A model generated the notes under the pieces. It was not told the DNA's origin and searched no databases. It saw only the letters and a program-made list of their open reading frames with translations. From positions 25,792,001 through 25,856,000 of the forward strand of contig OZ024764.1 of assembly GCA_964016885.1 (NCBI GenBank): a DNA stretch of 64,000 nucleotides, in the 5' to 3' direction. Shown here piece after piece: positions 1-11,670 of this stretch. The position numbers were made by a program, and so were the translations under genes. Source of the DNA: Eledone cirrhosa (Eukaryota). The first letter of the stretch is position 1. Every line of letters starts with the position of its first letter.

Positions 1-234
1 TCTCCCTGCGTACGAAAGGCCGGTTGTATGATGCCTGTGTGAGGAGCGCGATGCTGCATGGTAGTGAGACATGGGCAGCAACTGCAAAGGATATGCGACG
101 GCTGGAGAGAAATGAGGCAAGCATGCTCCGTTGGATGTGCAGTGTAAATGTGCGTGAATGACCCAGCATAAATGTATTGAGAGAGAAACTGTGTCTGAGG
201 GGGATAGAATGTAGTGTACGGGAGAGGAGACTGA
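1..234 (+). mobile_element. RTE-X-like LINE fragment (post-RT region)
   Basis: Translates to SLRTKGRLYDACVRSAMLHGSETWAATAKDMRRLERNEASMLRWMC, nearly identical to the protein of the 40732..41574 ORF. Confidence 0.85.
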
Positions 235-235
235 G

Positions 236-800
236 CCAATATAGCAGTTTTTGGTCCAAGATAGACTACTTTCCTTATCTATATTACTCTCACTTTGGAG
301 CTCCCTGGCAACGTATCCATGCATGATTTTTTGCTGATAGGCATGCAGTTTTTCATCCATGGATTCACTGCGATACTGCTGAGCGACATCCCTGGGTGTG
401 AGTTTTTTATTATCACACAGGGAATATCTCTCAAGGAGTTCCTTCCCAACTCTCATGATCTTATCTGTTTCATGCAGATAGAATTGCTTGAGAAGCGGGC
501 TCCTACGCTTCGAGGTTCGTAGATGTTGTCGGAGAGATATGATGCAACATTCAAATGTTGTCTGGACTGATGTTAGGCCTCTGCCTCCCTGCTTACTTTT
601 CAAGTAAAGGCGGTCTATGTCACTGTTGATGTGGAAGTTTCTGGTGTTGTTCAGTATTTATCGAGTTCCAACATCAACTGCTCGGATTTCGTCTATCGTC
701 CAATTGAGTATTCCAAACGTTGGTGTTAGGACAGGCACCGCAAACACATTGTGAGCCACTGTTTTGTTTTGCAGAGAGTTCCGATGACCAGATCTTTCTT
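236..800 (-). mobile_element. R4/Dong-like non-LTR retrotransposon fragment (RT thumb/C-terminal region), decayed
   Basis: Minus strand reads TFGILNWTIDEIRAVDVGTR*ILNNTRNFHINSDIDRLYLKSKQGGRGL...MHGYVAR, aligning with TFGLLNWS...NFNINGDVDRLYFSRKEGGRGL...MHGYLRR of the 61567-63802 element. Confidence 0.8.
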
Positions 801-872
801 ATGTATGTATGTATGTATGTATGTATGTATGTATGTATGTATGTATGTATGTATGTATGTATGTATGTATGT
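801..872. repeat. (TATG)n microsatellite
   Basis: About 18 perfect TATG units. Confidence 0.95.
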
Positions 873-1496
873 CAGGTCACCAGTTGGTGCTACTGGTAAC
901 ATGTATCCCAGTACAACCTGTCTCATGGTCGGGTTTGTTGGCGACTAAACTGGCAACCCCACCAAGGTTTCTTGGTGAGGAGGGTGACTTTGGACATCCT
1001 GCAGGACTAAAAACAAAACCTGTCAAAGGGCAAAGGAGCTCTTAAGAGTCATTGGCCATCCAAAATCACCGGGAGAGATGACCCCTTAGCCTTTGTCAAG
1101 GCAGAATTCTAGCAGAAGGAAAACTCTGATATAACACCTGCAACCCTGATGGTATCCAATGATGTTGACTTGTTCTTCTTTTTGGTAAATATCATCTTGG
1201 TTAAGAGAGTGGGACTGGCTTTGTGCAGTGCCTTTGCTCACTATAAAAGCTTCACGGCACAGGCATTGCTTTATATCTGGAGATCTCTCTGCACTTGTCG
1301 TCACATGGTATCATGGGCCCAGCACTATGTGTCAATAATTGTCACAAGTGTAGTGTTTGTACCAGAGTTTTCAAGTCGCTGGCTGGACTAAAGTCACATT
1401 CGTTCAGCGCATCGGTAGGAGTTCTCCTACATGGATATAAAGTAGTGGTCGTACTCGAAAACGAGTTGGCAGCCACCATGTATGTATGTATGTATG
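873..1496 (+). mobile_element. Short internally deleted RTE derivative (5'UTR-like part joined to zinc-finger 3' end and TATG tail)
   Basis: 1330-1405 encodes CSVCTRVFKSLAGLKSH like the finger at ~3360-3430; 3' end gtactcgaaaacgagttggcagccacc-(ATGT)n resembles catactcgataacaagggggcagccatt-(ATGT)n at ~3712-3762. The 5'UTR assignment is from general resemblance only. Confidence 0.55.
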
Positions 1497-2005
1497 GAAA
1501 GACCTAACTAAAGCAAGGAACTTATCAGAGCAACCAAGTTTCTGGAGAACCTTCCATATTGCATTTCTGTTAACAGTATCGAAAGCTTTTGTCAGATCGA
1601 CAAAAACCTGATACAGATACAAACCTTGTTCCATGCACTTCTACTGGAGCTGTCTAGCTGAGAAGATCGTATCAGTAGTGCTGCGTCCAGCACGAAAACC
1701 AGATTGACTTTCAGGAAGAACACAATCTGCAATGTGTGTCAGCAGACGGTCCAGAAGCACCCTACATAAAACTTTCCCTACGACAGAAAGCAATGATATA
1801 CCTCTGTAGTTCCCACAATCATTCCTGTTACCCTTTCCCTTGTACAAGACCACCATTACTGCATCTTTCCAGTCCTCAGGTACGGATTCATTAGCCCATA
1901 TCCTGCCAAACAAAGAGTGAAGATGTTGCAGGAGTCTCTCACCACCATATTGTAGGAGCTCAGCATGTATGCCATCCATACCTGGAGACCTTCCACTGTT
2001 CAGCT
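1494..2005 (-). pseudogene. Inverted RT N-terminal segment of the RTE element
   Basis: ORFs 1641..2147 and 1404..1634: LNSGRSPGMDGIHAE...PEDWKDAVMVVLYKGKG...NYRGISLLSVVGK...QSGFRAGRSTTD...VFVDLTKAFDTVNR; one in-frame stop. Confidence 0.85.
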
Positions 2006-2007
2006 TC

Positions 2008-3138
2008 GATAAGTTCTTTGCTTTAGTTAGGTCTTTCCATGATGACATGAAGGCTTGGGTTAATGTCGGAGATAACATGTTGGAGCCTACCTCAGTAAAA
2101 AATGGAGTGAAACAGGGGGATATTCCAGCACCGACCCTGTTTGCCATATACTTTGCAATGGTTTTCTGTATTGCATTCAGGAATTACGAGCATGGTGTTT
2201 ACATCCGATATCGAACCTCAGGCAGCATATTTAACATGAGGCACTTTGCTGCGAAGACAAAAGTATTTACATCAATCATAAGAGACCTCTTGTATGCAGA
2301 TGATTGCGACCTTGTAGCGCACACAGAGAGTGATATGCAGCACATTTTGAATGCATTTTCTGACGCTTGCACTGCCCTAGGTCTGACTGTCAGTCTCAAG
2401 AAAACCGTCGTCATGTACCAACCTGCCCCTGGTAAGCAGTACAGTGAACCCAATATCTATGTGTATGGTAAGCGACTTGGAGTGGTTGATCAGTTTGTCT
2501 ACCTGGGAATCACTGTCAATCGATACAGCACCCTTGATAGTGAAATCTCACTTAGGATTAGGAAAGCAAGTGATGCTTTCGGAAAGCTAGAAAGGGGACT
2601 CTGGGGTCGGCAAGACATATGCAAGAAGACAAGGGTAAAGGTGTACAAGGCATGTGTGCTCTCTTCTCTTCTTTATGCCTGCGAGACCTGGGTCACATAT
2701 CGACACCACCTTAAGCAATTGGTGCGTTTCCATCAGATGTGTCTCAGACGGATCCATGGCGTTCACTGGAGGGACCACATAAGCGATGTCGAGATTTTGG
2801 AAAGCTCTATGTGTGATAGTATAGAAGCTCTTGTGCTTAAGCAACGACTCCGTTGGAGTGGTCACCTTGCCAGGATGAAGAATTCTAGAATACCAAAACA
2901 ACTCTTTTATGGAGAGTTAGTTAAAGGAAAACGACCTCCACATAAACCAAAAAAGAGGTATAAGGATTCCGTGAAAGCCTCTTTGAAAGACGCTAACATC
3001 TCTGCTGATACATGGGAAAATATTGCTGCTGATCGTAATAAATGGAGAAAGACTGTATATGAGGGAAAAGTTGCCTTTGAGGCATTTCGAATCGCATACG
3101 AGAAAGTAAAGCGGGATGTGGTCCTCCTATGGCGCTGA
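2008..3138 (+). pseudogene. RTE reverse transcriptase, C-terminal part
   Basis: ORF 1969..3138: GVKQGDIPAPTLF, LLYADD, FVYLG, LLYACETW, RLRWSGHLARM, RIPKQLFYGEL. Confidence 0.9.
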
Positions 3139-3437
3139 CATGCAGCGTCTGTGCGAGACTCTGCCTCAGCAAAGCTGGACTCGAAAGTCATCTTCGCAGT
3201 CATAAAGTAAGACCAGTGGTTGACTATCAGGCTGCTGTTGGAGATGCTACTCATCATGTTTGCCAAACATGTGGTAGAGAATGTAAATCAGTAGGAGGGC
3301 TCAGGCGACAGGCAAAAGTACATGAACTCCAACCACAGCCGACTATTCCCAGTGAATGTTTTGGTTGCCGACTCTGTGCAAGACATTTTAGATCATTGGC
3401 TGGGCTAAAAAGCCACATTCGATCGCTGCGCTGTTAG
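3129..3437 (+). pseudogene. Three C2H2-type zinc fingers, frameshifted C-terminus of the RTE ORF
   Basis: CSVCARLCLSKAGLESHLRSH, CQTCGRECKSVGGLRRQAKVH, CRLCARHFRSLAGLKSHIRSL (second and third each lack one His). Confidence 0.75.
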
Positions 3438-3552
3438 TTGCTATCGTGTGTGTGTGTGTATAGGTATGTTTGTGTGTGCATGTGTGTGTATATATATATA
3501 TGTATATTATTATTGTTGTTGTTGTCTTTATTATTGTTGTTGTTATTATTAT

Positions 3553-3668
3553 AGGTTGACTTTGCCTTTCATCCTTACGGGGTCGATAAAATAAAGTACC
3601 AGTAATGCACTGGGTAATTGCTGGCCTTGTGCCTAAAGTAGAAACAGTTATTATTATTATTATTATTG
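3553..3668 (+). mobile_element. SINE family S1, 5'-truncated
   Basis: gactttgcctttcatccttacggggtcgataaaataaagtaccagt...gtagaaac followed by (TTA)n tail; recurs about 9 times in the window. Confidence 0.85.
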
Positions 3669-3762
3669 TTATTAATATATATATATATATATTTTTTCTT
3701 CTCGTGCAATAGCCATACTCGATAACAAGGGGGCAGCCATTATGTATGTATGTATGTATGTA

Positions 3763-3858
3763 TGACCGTGACGAGTGGAGAGATGCTGTGCTGAATAAGA
3801 CCCGTCCCACCCTTGCGAGCAGGGAAGAGCGGGCGTAAAATGATGATGATGATGATGA
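3763..3858 (+). mobile_element. 3' end of RTE-X-like LINE with (GAT)n tail
   Basis: Matches reverse complement of ~40505-40605 (DKWRDAVLNKTRPTLASREKRT stop, gatgatgat). Confidence 0.8.
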
Positions 3859-3895
3859 TATATATATATTTTTTTTCTTTTTTTTTTTCAGCAGT

Positions 3896-3945
3896 TGAAA
3901 CAATTGTTCTCGGTATGGTGAACTAACTGTTGTGTAACAACTTCT
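3896..3945 (+). repeat. Family A pLTR-like fragment starting at the hammerhead GAAA
   Basis: tgaaacaattgttctcggtatggtgaactaactgttgtgtaac matches 14262-14311. Confidence 0.7.
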
Positions 3946-3954
3946 ATATATATA

Positions 3955-4615
3955 TCATCATCATCATCATCATCTTCGTTTAACGTCCATTTTCCACGCT
4001 AGCATGGGTTAGACGGGAATTGTCCCACTTGAGGCAAGGTTGGTCGGATGTCCATGTCTCGCTCATATAGGACTATCTGGCAGGTCTTCTACGGCTGGAT
4101 GCCCTTCCTAACACCAACCACATTTACAGTGTGGAACTGGGAACTTTTTACCGTGTTACCTACACGACCACATTACAGCGTGGGCTGTGTTTTTTTCTCG
4201 TGACACCTACACGATCTCGATCTCATTTATCTCATTTATTGACACACGACCGTGACTTCTGGCGTCACGCAGTAATACAGGGTACCCGACCTCCCATGGG
4301 TACATGCTGAAGCATATAAACAATATGCCCCCCCCCCCCCCACCGCAAGGTGGTCGTGGAGGTGCCACGGCAAAAAAGCACCCAGCCCACACTGTAAAGT
4401 GGACGTGTAGGCGCCACGAAAAAGCACCCAGCACTCACTGTAAATGAGGTTGGTGTTAGGAAGGGCATCCAGCTGTAGAAATCAAGCCAGATCAGTTCCT
4501 GTATGAGCAAGGCATGGTCAGCCGACCAGACACTGCCCACAACAGGACAACCCGTCTAACCCATGCTAGCGTGGAAGAACGGACGTAAAACGGTGATGAT
4601 GATGATGATGATGAT
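3955..4615. mobile_element. Two oppositely oriented copies of a (GAT)n-tailed SINE-like/RTE-related short element
   Basis: acggctggatgcccttcctaacaccaacc at ~4091 and its reverse complement at ~4447; ccgtctaacccatgctagcgtggaa...(GAT)n ends at both outer edges; further pieces at ~12662-12712, ~13010-13125, ~14350-14390, ~36050-36110. Confidence 0.7.
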
Positions 4616-4724
4616 TTGGACTGGATGTTGTGGTACCAACTTTATAGAGAGAGGGTGATGTTAGTGGGAGTGGGAGGATAGGGTAGGGGTAGTGGATTGG
4701 GGTGTATATTTGGTTAAGAGGAGG

Positions 4725-7685
4725 CTACTGACTGTAGGTTTCCATTTGTACATAGGCAAGGCGGGTCTTCTGTATTACTGCGTAGCACCAAAGATCTCGG
4801 TCCGGTGACATTGTCTTAGAGAGGTGCAAGTGTGTAAGGTCGGAATTTATCAAGTTGTCCCAAGTTTTTCTGGGTCTGCCTACTCCGCAACTACCATCAA
4901 TTTTGATCGCCCTGCACTTTTTTATACAGCTGTCGTCTTTCATGCACATCACGTGACCATACCAACATAGTCTTCTCTCGAGTAAACAGCATCTGATCCC
5001 TCTTATTCCTAATTTCTCGCTTAGTTCATTTATGCTTTGCTGTTCACGTATATTACTATTACACATCCAACGGAGCATGCAAGCTTCGTTCCTTTCCAGT
5101 CTACGCAGGTCCTCTGCACGCAATGCCCATGTCTCACTGCCATGGAGCATTGCTGTTCGTATACAAGCATCATACAATCTGCCTTTCATTTTTAGAGAGA
5201 AACCTTTTGTGGTCAACAGCAGTATAAGCTCTCTGAACTTTTTCCATCCCGTTCTGACTCTGGCTACTGTACTTTCAGAACACCTTCCACCACTGCTGAT
5301 TTCATCACCCAGGTAACGTAAAGTGTCTACTATTTCTATAGAACCATTTGGGCAATGGAAGGGGCTAGTATCCTGTGGACACTTGCTACCATTTCACCTG
5401 AGATCGGCCACATATAAAGTCTACATTCTTAGATAGTTTACCTGTGATCCCACTACATCTTTTATGTACCCATACTCTGCATTTGGGACATAAAATTGAA
5501 TTTCTGCCTACTCCTCTCCTACACACTGAGCAAGGCCATTTCCCTGAGGGTACCTGTGCCTTATTTTCTTTTCTACAAACTAGGACTTTAGTTTTAGACA
5601 GGTTAACTTTAAGGCCTTTTGATTCTAGGCCATGCTTCCATGTTTGGAATTTCTTTTCTAGTTCAGCCATTGATTCAGCTATGAGCGTTAGATCATCTGC
5701 GTACAGGAGTTCCCATGGGCAGCCGGTCTTGAACTCCTCTGTTATAGCCTGAAGGGCAATAATAAATAGGAGGGGGATAAGGACAGAGCCTTAGTGAACA
5801 CCAACTTTTACACTAAATTCTTCACTATATTCATTGTTAATTCTAACCTTACTGACTGTTCCTCTATACGTGGCTTGTATAGCTCTCACAACACCTAGTT
5901 TTCTAAGAGCCCACTAGATAATGGAGCAGGGGACTCTGTCAAAGGCTTTTTCCAAGTCTAAAAAAGCTAAGTAGAGGGGTTTACTTTTAGCAAGGTACTT
6001 CTCTTGTAGTTGTCGTACAATGAAAAGAGCGTCTGTGGTACTTTTACCTGACACAAGCCCGAACTGCATTTCATCTAGATCAATTCGCTCTCTGATTAGT
6101 TGCGCTATTACTTTTTCTGTGACCTTCATGACCTGGTCGATTAATTTAATGCCTCTATAGTTACCCCTATCTAGGGCATCTCCTTCACCCTTGTAGCAGT
6201 TAATGATGATGCTGGTACGCCAGTCTTTTGGTATGACCCCATTCTGTATGACTTGGTTTACTATCCGGGTGACCATAGTATGTCCCACCGTTCCAGAAGC
6301 TTTCAGCATTTCAGCAACTATTTCCGAAGGCCCAGCCGCCTTACCCGTCTTCATATCTTTTATTGCTTTACTTATTATACTACCTTCAACTAACATTGCT
6401 GGTCCCTCTATTGGATCGATGTGGGGGAGACTGTCTTTCTCCCATTTATTTTCCTCATTTAATAGTCTCTCGTAGTGACACTTCCAGGCTATCTTCTTAT
6501 CAGCATCAGTGAGGGTAAATACACCGTTATCATTACGGACACACTTCTCCCCGACAATATCACGGTTTTCCTTGACACATTGCCTAGCAATCCTGAACAC
6601 CTCACGTTTTTGGTCCTCACGTTGTAGAACATGCTTGAACTTTCTTTCCTCTGCTTCCCTTCTTGCAAAGTACACTTGTCTCCTAGCTTCCCTCCTGGCC
6701 ACTTGATAGTCTTCTCTACTTCCCTCATCCCGCCATACTTTCCAAGCCTGCTTTTTGGCCTTGATTGACTCCTCCACATTACTGTTCCACCACCATGTTA
6801 CTCTCCTCCTGCCTATAAGCCTGCTCCAGCCACGGACTTCATCTGCCGCCATTAGCAGGTTTGCTTTCTGGAATTCCCACTGTTCCTTTATATTGTACGA
6901 CTCTAATTGCTCTTCCTTACTGTCGAAAGCATCAAGTAATATGCTTTTAAATTTATTACTGGCTGTGGGGGTCCTTTAGCTTCCATATTTTTCTCCTGAG
7001 GATAGTCCTCTTCTGTTGTCGAGTACGTCTCGTCCTGACTATGAGGTCGCTAATTATGAGTCTATGTTGAGAGGTGCATTCTTCATGGGGGAGGGATTTA
7101 GAGTTTACAACAGACACTCTGTCACGTCTTCTGGTAAGGATATAATCTATCTGACTGGCGTGCTCCCCTGATCTATAGGTGATCAAGTGATTGTCTTGTT
7201 TTTTGAAGTTTGTGTTACAGATAGGTTATTTGCATCACAGAATTCCAGGATTCTGGAGCCTTCCTCATTTCTAGTACCAAACCCATAGCCTCCATGGATG
7301 CCGTCATAGCATTCACAATGTTGTCCAACGTGACCATTTAGGTCGCCAGCAATAATTATGTAGTCACTGTCGATTATTTGGGAGGTAGTGAGCATCAGTG
7401 TCTCATAGAATCTGTCTTTTATAGCGCCAGGCAGTCCGGATTGGGGTGCGTACACAGATATTACTGTCACAGTAGTTCTATTTAGAACAAGTCTTATTTT
7501 AATTATTCTGTCGTTCACTATATTTACGTCTATTATCTTATCCACCCATTTTTCTGCTAACATGATTCCTACCCCACCCAGCCCATTGTCATTTCCCACC
7601 CAGAAAAGCAGCTTATAGCATCGTTTTTTACAGCAAACATCAACCTCCTAACGTTCAAGCAATTCTACAACCTCATTAGAGCGAC

Positions 7686-7690
<5 letters not shown>
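4725..7690 (-). mobile_element. RTE-X-like LINE (APE endonuclease + RT), near full ORF but fragmented
   Basis: ORF pieces: GGVGIML..SVYAPQ..GDLNGHVG (APE), QIDYIL..SQHRL, KAAGPSEI..NYRGIKL..FLDLEKAFDRV, LLYADD (~5690-5710), MLHGSETW; several stops/frameshifts; 5' end abuts (TA)n. Confidence 0.9.
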
Positions 7691-7757
<67 letters not shown>

Positions 7758-7759
<2 letters not shown>

Positions 7760-7925
7760 GAAGTGGTTACGCAACAGTTAGTTCACCATACCGAGAACAA
7801 TTGTTTCACCTGGTGAAACAATTGTGCTCTGTATGGTGAACTAACTGTTGTGTAACCACTTCTACCTAACTCGTCCCATGGACTGAGTGCTCTACCACTA
7901 CGGATATTACCTTCCAGTGTTCCAC

Positions 7926-7928
<3 letters not shown>
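7758..7928. repeat. Family A fold-back element in (TA)n
   Basis: 53-bp inverted arms 7758-7810 and 7812-7864 with a 1-nt centre, plus extension to 7928; (TA)n on both sides. Confidence 0.85.
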
Positions 7929-7979
<51 letters not shown>

Positions 7980-7980
<1 letters not shown>

Positions 7981-8172
7981 ATCAGATTAGCATGGGAGGC
8001 GGGGTGTTCCGAGGCCATAGTATCTAGAATAAGAACGGGTTGGAAGAAGTTTAGGGAACTGCTTCCTCTGCTGGCGAAGAAGGGTTTCTCCCTACGTACG
8101 AAAGAGGCCGGTTATATGATGCCTGTGTCAGGAGCGCGATGCTGCATGGTAGTAAGACATGGGCAGCAACGG
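7980..8172 (+). mobile_element. RTE-X-like LINE fragment
   Basis: DQISMGGGCSEAIVSRIRTGWKKFRELLPLLAKKGFSLRTK matches ORF 40732..41574. Confidence 0.8.
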
Positions 8173-8462
8173 CCATGGGTACCAGAGAGCTTCAACTCCT
8201 AAGTCGTGTGGGATGTTAGTATATAAGCTTGTTAAGTCAAAGCTGACTAAGATTGTTTCTTGGTGTACTTTCTGGGGGATATAGTTCAGGAATTGCATAT
8301 CATCTCTGATGAAGCTTGGCACTTTTTTACATAAGGGTTTCAGTATGATGTCTAAGACGTCTCTTAGACGTGGTGTGCTGGACCGGCAACAATTGGGCGT
8401 AATTTTAAATCTGTCGGTTTTGGTACTTCAACATATGATGTATTTTTGCCTTTTATGTTGTT

Positions 8463-9044
8463 TTAGATTTCTCTGGATTTGTGAACCTTCGGTAAACCAT
8501 AGAAGTTGCTGGTTTTCATTTCGAAGTTGGTTAAGTAACTGATTTCCTTTAGCGTGAGGTTGTTTTGGTACTTGGTCCTCAGTTTGCCTACTTTAATCAT
8601 CGATTTTCTTTCTTTGTTTTTGCTGATTTTTCTGTAAAAGTCCTCGTTATTCAGCTGTTCTAGGACCATATCCTTGATGTGGTTTTTGTCCATGATGATG
8701 ATTGCTCCACCTTTGTCCACTTCTTTTATGATTATTGAGGAGTCTTTTTGTAGTTTGTTTAGTGCTTGCAGTTGGTCTGTAGGGATGTTGTGTTTGTGTT
8801 TGGTCTCTGCAATATTTGACTGTGCCGATCGTTGGCACCAGGTTATGTAATCCTGCAGGTGTTTGTCTCTATTTAACGGGGGTTTGAAGTTCTTTTTGTT
8901 TCTTACTAGTGATTCCTCCCCGTATTCTACACCCTGGAAGAATTCTCCTAGACGTAATTTTTGACAAAAATCTTCTGTGTCTTTTATAAGGTCGGCTTGA
9001 TCTGCTTTTGGAGTGCGTGTGAATTTCAGTCCATTTACTAGCAA
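8463..9044 (-). pseudogene. PLE RT N-terminal domain (DKG, YGLPKxHK motifs)
   Basis: ORF track 8463..9044; continues after a frameshift into 8183-8322 (RT motif A). Confidence 0.8.
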
Positions 9045-9187
9045 TTTTAATTCCTGTTGTGTTAGTTTTTTTGCCGATATGTTGATTATTTTTGGTTTCC
9101 CTGGAGTTTTCTTGTCGGGTGCCTCTTGAAGGGTGGTGTTTCTCTCCTCCTTCCTTTCATTTGGTGGGAGGCACCTTGTTCTAAAAA

Positions 9188-9380
9188 ATAATAATAATTG
9201 TTTCTACTTTAGGCACAAGGCCAGCAATTACCCAGTGCATTACTGGTACTTTATTTTATCGACCCCGTAAGGATGAAAGGCAAAGTCAACCTCGGCGGGA
9301 TTTGAACTCAGATCGTAAAGGGACGTAACTATGCTGGAAAGCATGGCGTCCGACCCTCTACCGATACTGCCAATCCACCA
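9188..9380 (-). mobile_element. SINE family S1 (tRNA-derived)
   Basis: Head with A-box-like tggcagtatcggt and B-box gttcaaatcc, central gcctttcatcc..ggggtcgataaa..gtaccag block (recalls the MetaSINE core), (TTA)n tail. Confidence 0.85.
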
Positions 9381-10616
9381 ATAATAATTCCCATTTGTGG
9401 TAACGGTGTTTCTGTTGCGGTGAAACGTTCTGCTCGCTGGCATTCTCTGCTGACAATTTTCCGAACGGTAGTATTTTATTTGGTGGTTGATATATGGGGT
9501 CTAGTTTTTCTGCTGCTCCGTTCGGTCATCATATGCCTACAATTTTGCCGCTGGTAATTACCAGCGGCAAAATTGTTCTTGGGGTTTTGATAGTAGTTGT
9601 ATCTGGTTCTGGTTTTGTGTATAATTGTGTGTTTGGGATTCTCCGATTTCTGGTTAATGTTTGTTTATTGTGTGAGAATTCTTCATTTCTTGTGTTTTTG
9701 TATATTCCCGAATTTGAGGGTTTCTTATGGGCTTGTTTTTTCGATTTTATTTGGACTTTCCAATAGTTTTTTCATATTCTTGTAGCCATTGTGTTCTTGA
9801 CTCCAAGATTTTCTTTGATTTCAATTCCTCTCTGGTTGCATCATTCTTCCAAAGGTCAAAGAGTTTTTCTCGTACATTACCGATGCTTCTTTTGTTTATT
9901 TCTTCTCTAATTGTGGTGTCACATCTTTGAATTTCTCTTTAAATTGTGGCATTCTTAGACGGAGTAGAGTGATTTCTGTCTGAAGTTTCTGGAGTACTAG
10001 ATTTTGTCTTATTTTGGTTTCTTCATTTGGTTCTGATGTTATTTCTTTAATCCGGAATTTTCTCAGCGGGATGACTTGTTCTGTACTTCGCCATATCTCA
10101 TATGTGTCCGCTAGGTTTTCACTCCTCAAGGCTTTCCAGTATGCCTATTTTCTTTGGCTTAGTATTTGGTTCCAAATATTTCTCATTTGATTTCTTTTTC
10201 TGAAAGCTTCTTTATCCAGATTCAGTTCATTCCATTCTTTGAACGGTGGAATTCTGGTCGTGTGTAACTATTTCAGAAGGTAAAATGTGTTCTTCTTTCT
10301 GGCGGTCTGCAATTAGGGAATCGAGTTTCTCCCTATAGCTGCGTGTTTGTTGTTCCATTTCATATACGGCATTAGTAAGAGAGTCGTACTTACTTATTAT
10401 TATGGAGAGTTTTTCTGAGATCTCCTGCAATATTGTCTCCGATTTGAGGGATTCAGTAACAGATTTTGAATGTGTGTTAGCCATTCTGTCGTGTACAAGG
10501 TGGTAGAATATTGGAAAATGTGTGAGATCCTTGCTACAGTTGGGTATATTTGAAAAAAAGGAAAAGAATGACTTCACTTGTAGTGTTAAAAAATTTATGA
10601 TTTTATGTTTTAATAT

Positions 10617-10893
10617 AATTGTTTCTACTTTAGGCACAAGGCCAGCAATTACCCAGTGCATTACTGGTACTTTATTTTATCGACCCCGTAAGGATGAAAG
10701 GCAAAGTCAACCTCGGCGGGATTTGAACTCAGATCGCAAAGGGACATAACTATGCTGGAAAGCATGGCGTCCGACCCTCTACCGATACTGCCAATCCACC
10801 GCTCGGCGGGATTTGAACTCAGATCGCAAAGGGACATAACTATGCTGGAAAGCATGGCGTCCGACCCTCTACCGATACTGCCAATCCACCGCC
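10617..10893 (-). mobile_element. SINE S1 with 90-bp tandem duplication of its head and ~17-bp TSD
   Basis: 10712-10801 repeated at 10802-10891; ttatgttttaatataat on both flanks. Confidence 0.9.
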
Positions 10894-11549
10894 TTATGTT
10901 TTAATATAATATTATAATATTATGAGTTGGTAGGTCATGTCCCCCCACACTTCCTCTCCCAGACCAATATCAACAACACATCTGTGACAAATATTCCCAA
11001 ACTATCCTTCTTTTCTCTTTTTCCTGTCATCCCATTCTTATCAAAAGACATGTATCTTACACCTCATTAAAACCCAGACAAGCACCTAAATTCATCTTTG
11101 ATATAGAAATTTGTAGAAGATATTCTTTATGGATTTGGAAGAGTTGATTCAGCTATGCCATTATATACTCATCAAAGGTCAGCTAATGAAGTAAAACCAG
11201 CAGGAGAGTATGTTTACAACTACCTTCTCAAACACCCTTATCTTACAACCTCACCATTTTCTGAGTGTATATATGTGTGTGTATGTGTGTATGTGTGTAT
11301 GTATGTATACTTTAATTCCTCCGGACCTTCATCATCATCAACACTCATTAACACCACACCCCACACCCCAGACACATCCAAATCTCTCTCTTATATATAG
11401 TCACACATTTCAACACAACCTGATCTCAGTTTGACAATCGCCACAGACAGACGAATGCGAGAAAGTTCTCCAACCCAAGTTAACCAGGAATCTATAAAAT
11501 TCTTCCCACCAAAGTTAACAAAGAACTTACTGGATCTATCAACTCATAA

Positions 11550-11670
11550 TAATTGTTTCTACTTTTGGCACAAGGCCAGCAATTACCCAATGTATTACTG
11601 GTACTTTATTCTATCGACCCTGGAAGGATGAAAGGCAAAGTTAACCTCGGCGGGATTTGAACTCAGATCA
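11550..11670 (-). mobile_element. SINE S1, 5'-truncated
   Basis: Same body sequence, ends just past the B-box. Confidence 0.8.

Larger units (their letters stand above)
1494..3762 (+). mobile_element. RTE (BovB-like) LINE, 5'-truncated with an inverted 5' segment, (TATG)n tail
   Basis: RT N-terminal motifs on minus strand (SPGMDGI, GNYRGISLL, QSGFR, FVDLTKAFDTV; 1494-2005); RT C-terminal part on plus strand (GVKQG, YADD; 2008-3138); zinc fingers to 3437; 3' end interrupted by microsatellite and SINE (3446-3700). Confidence 0.85.

Noticed and set aside
9290-9380. tRNA genes at A/B-box motifs
   Set aside because: They are SINE heads with bodies, tails and TSDs; no cloverleaf evident.
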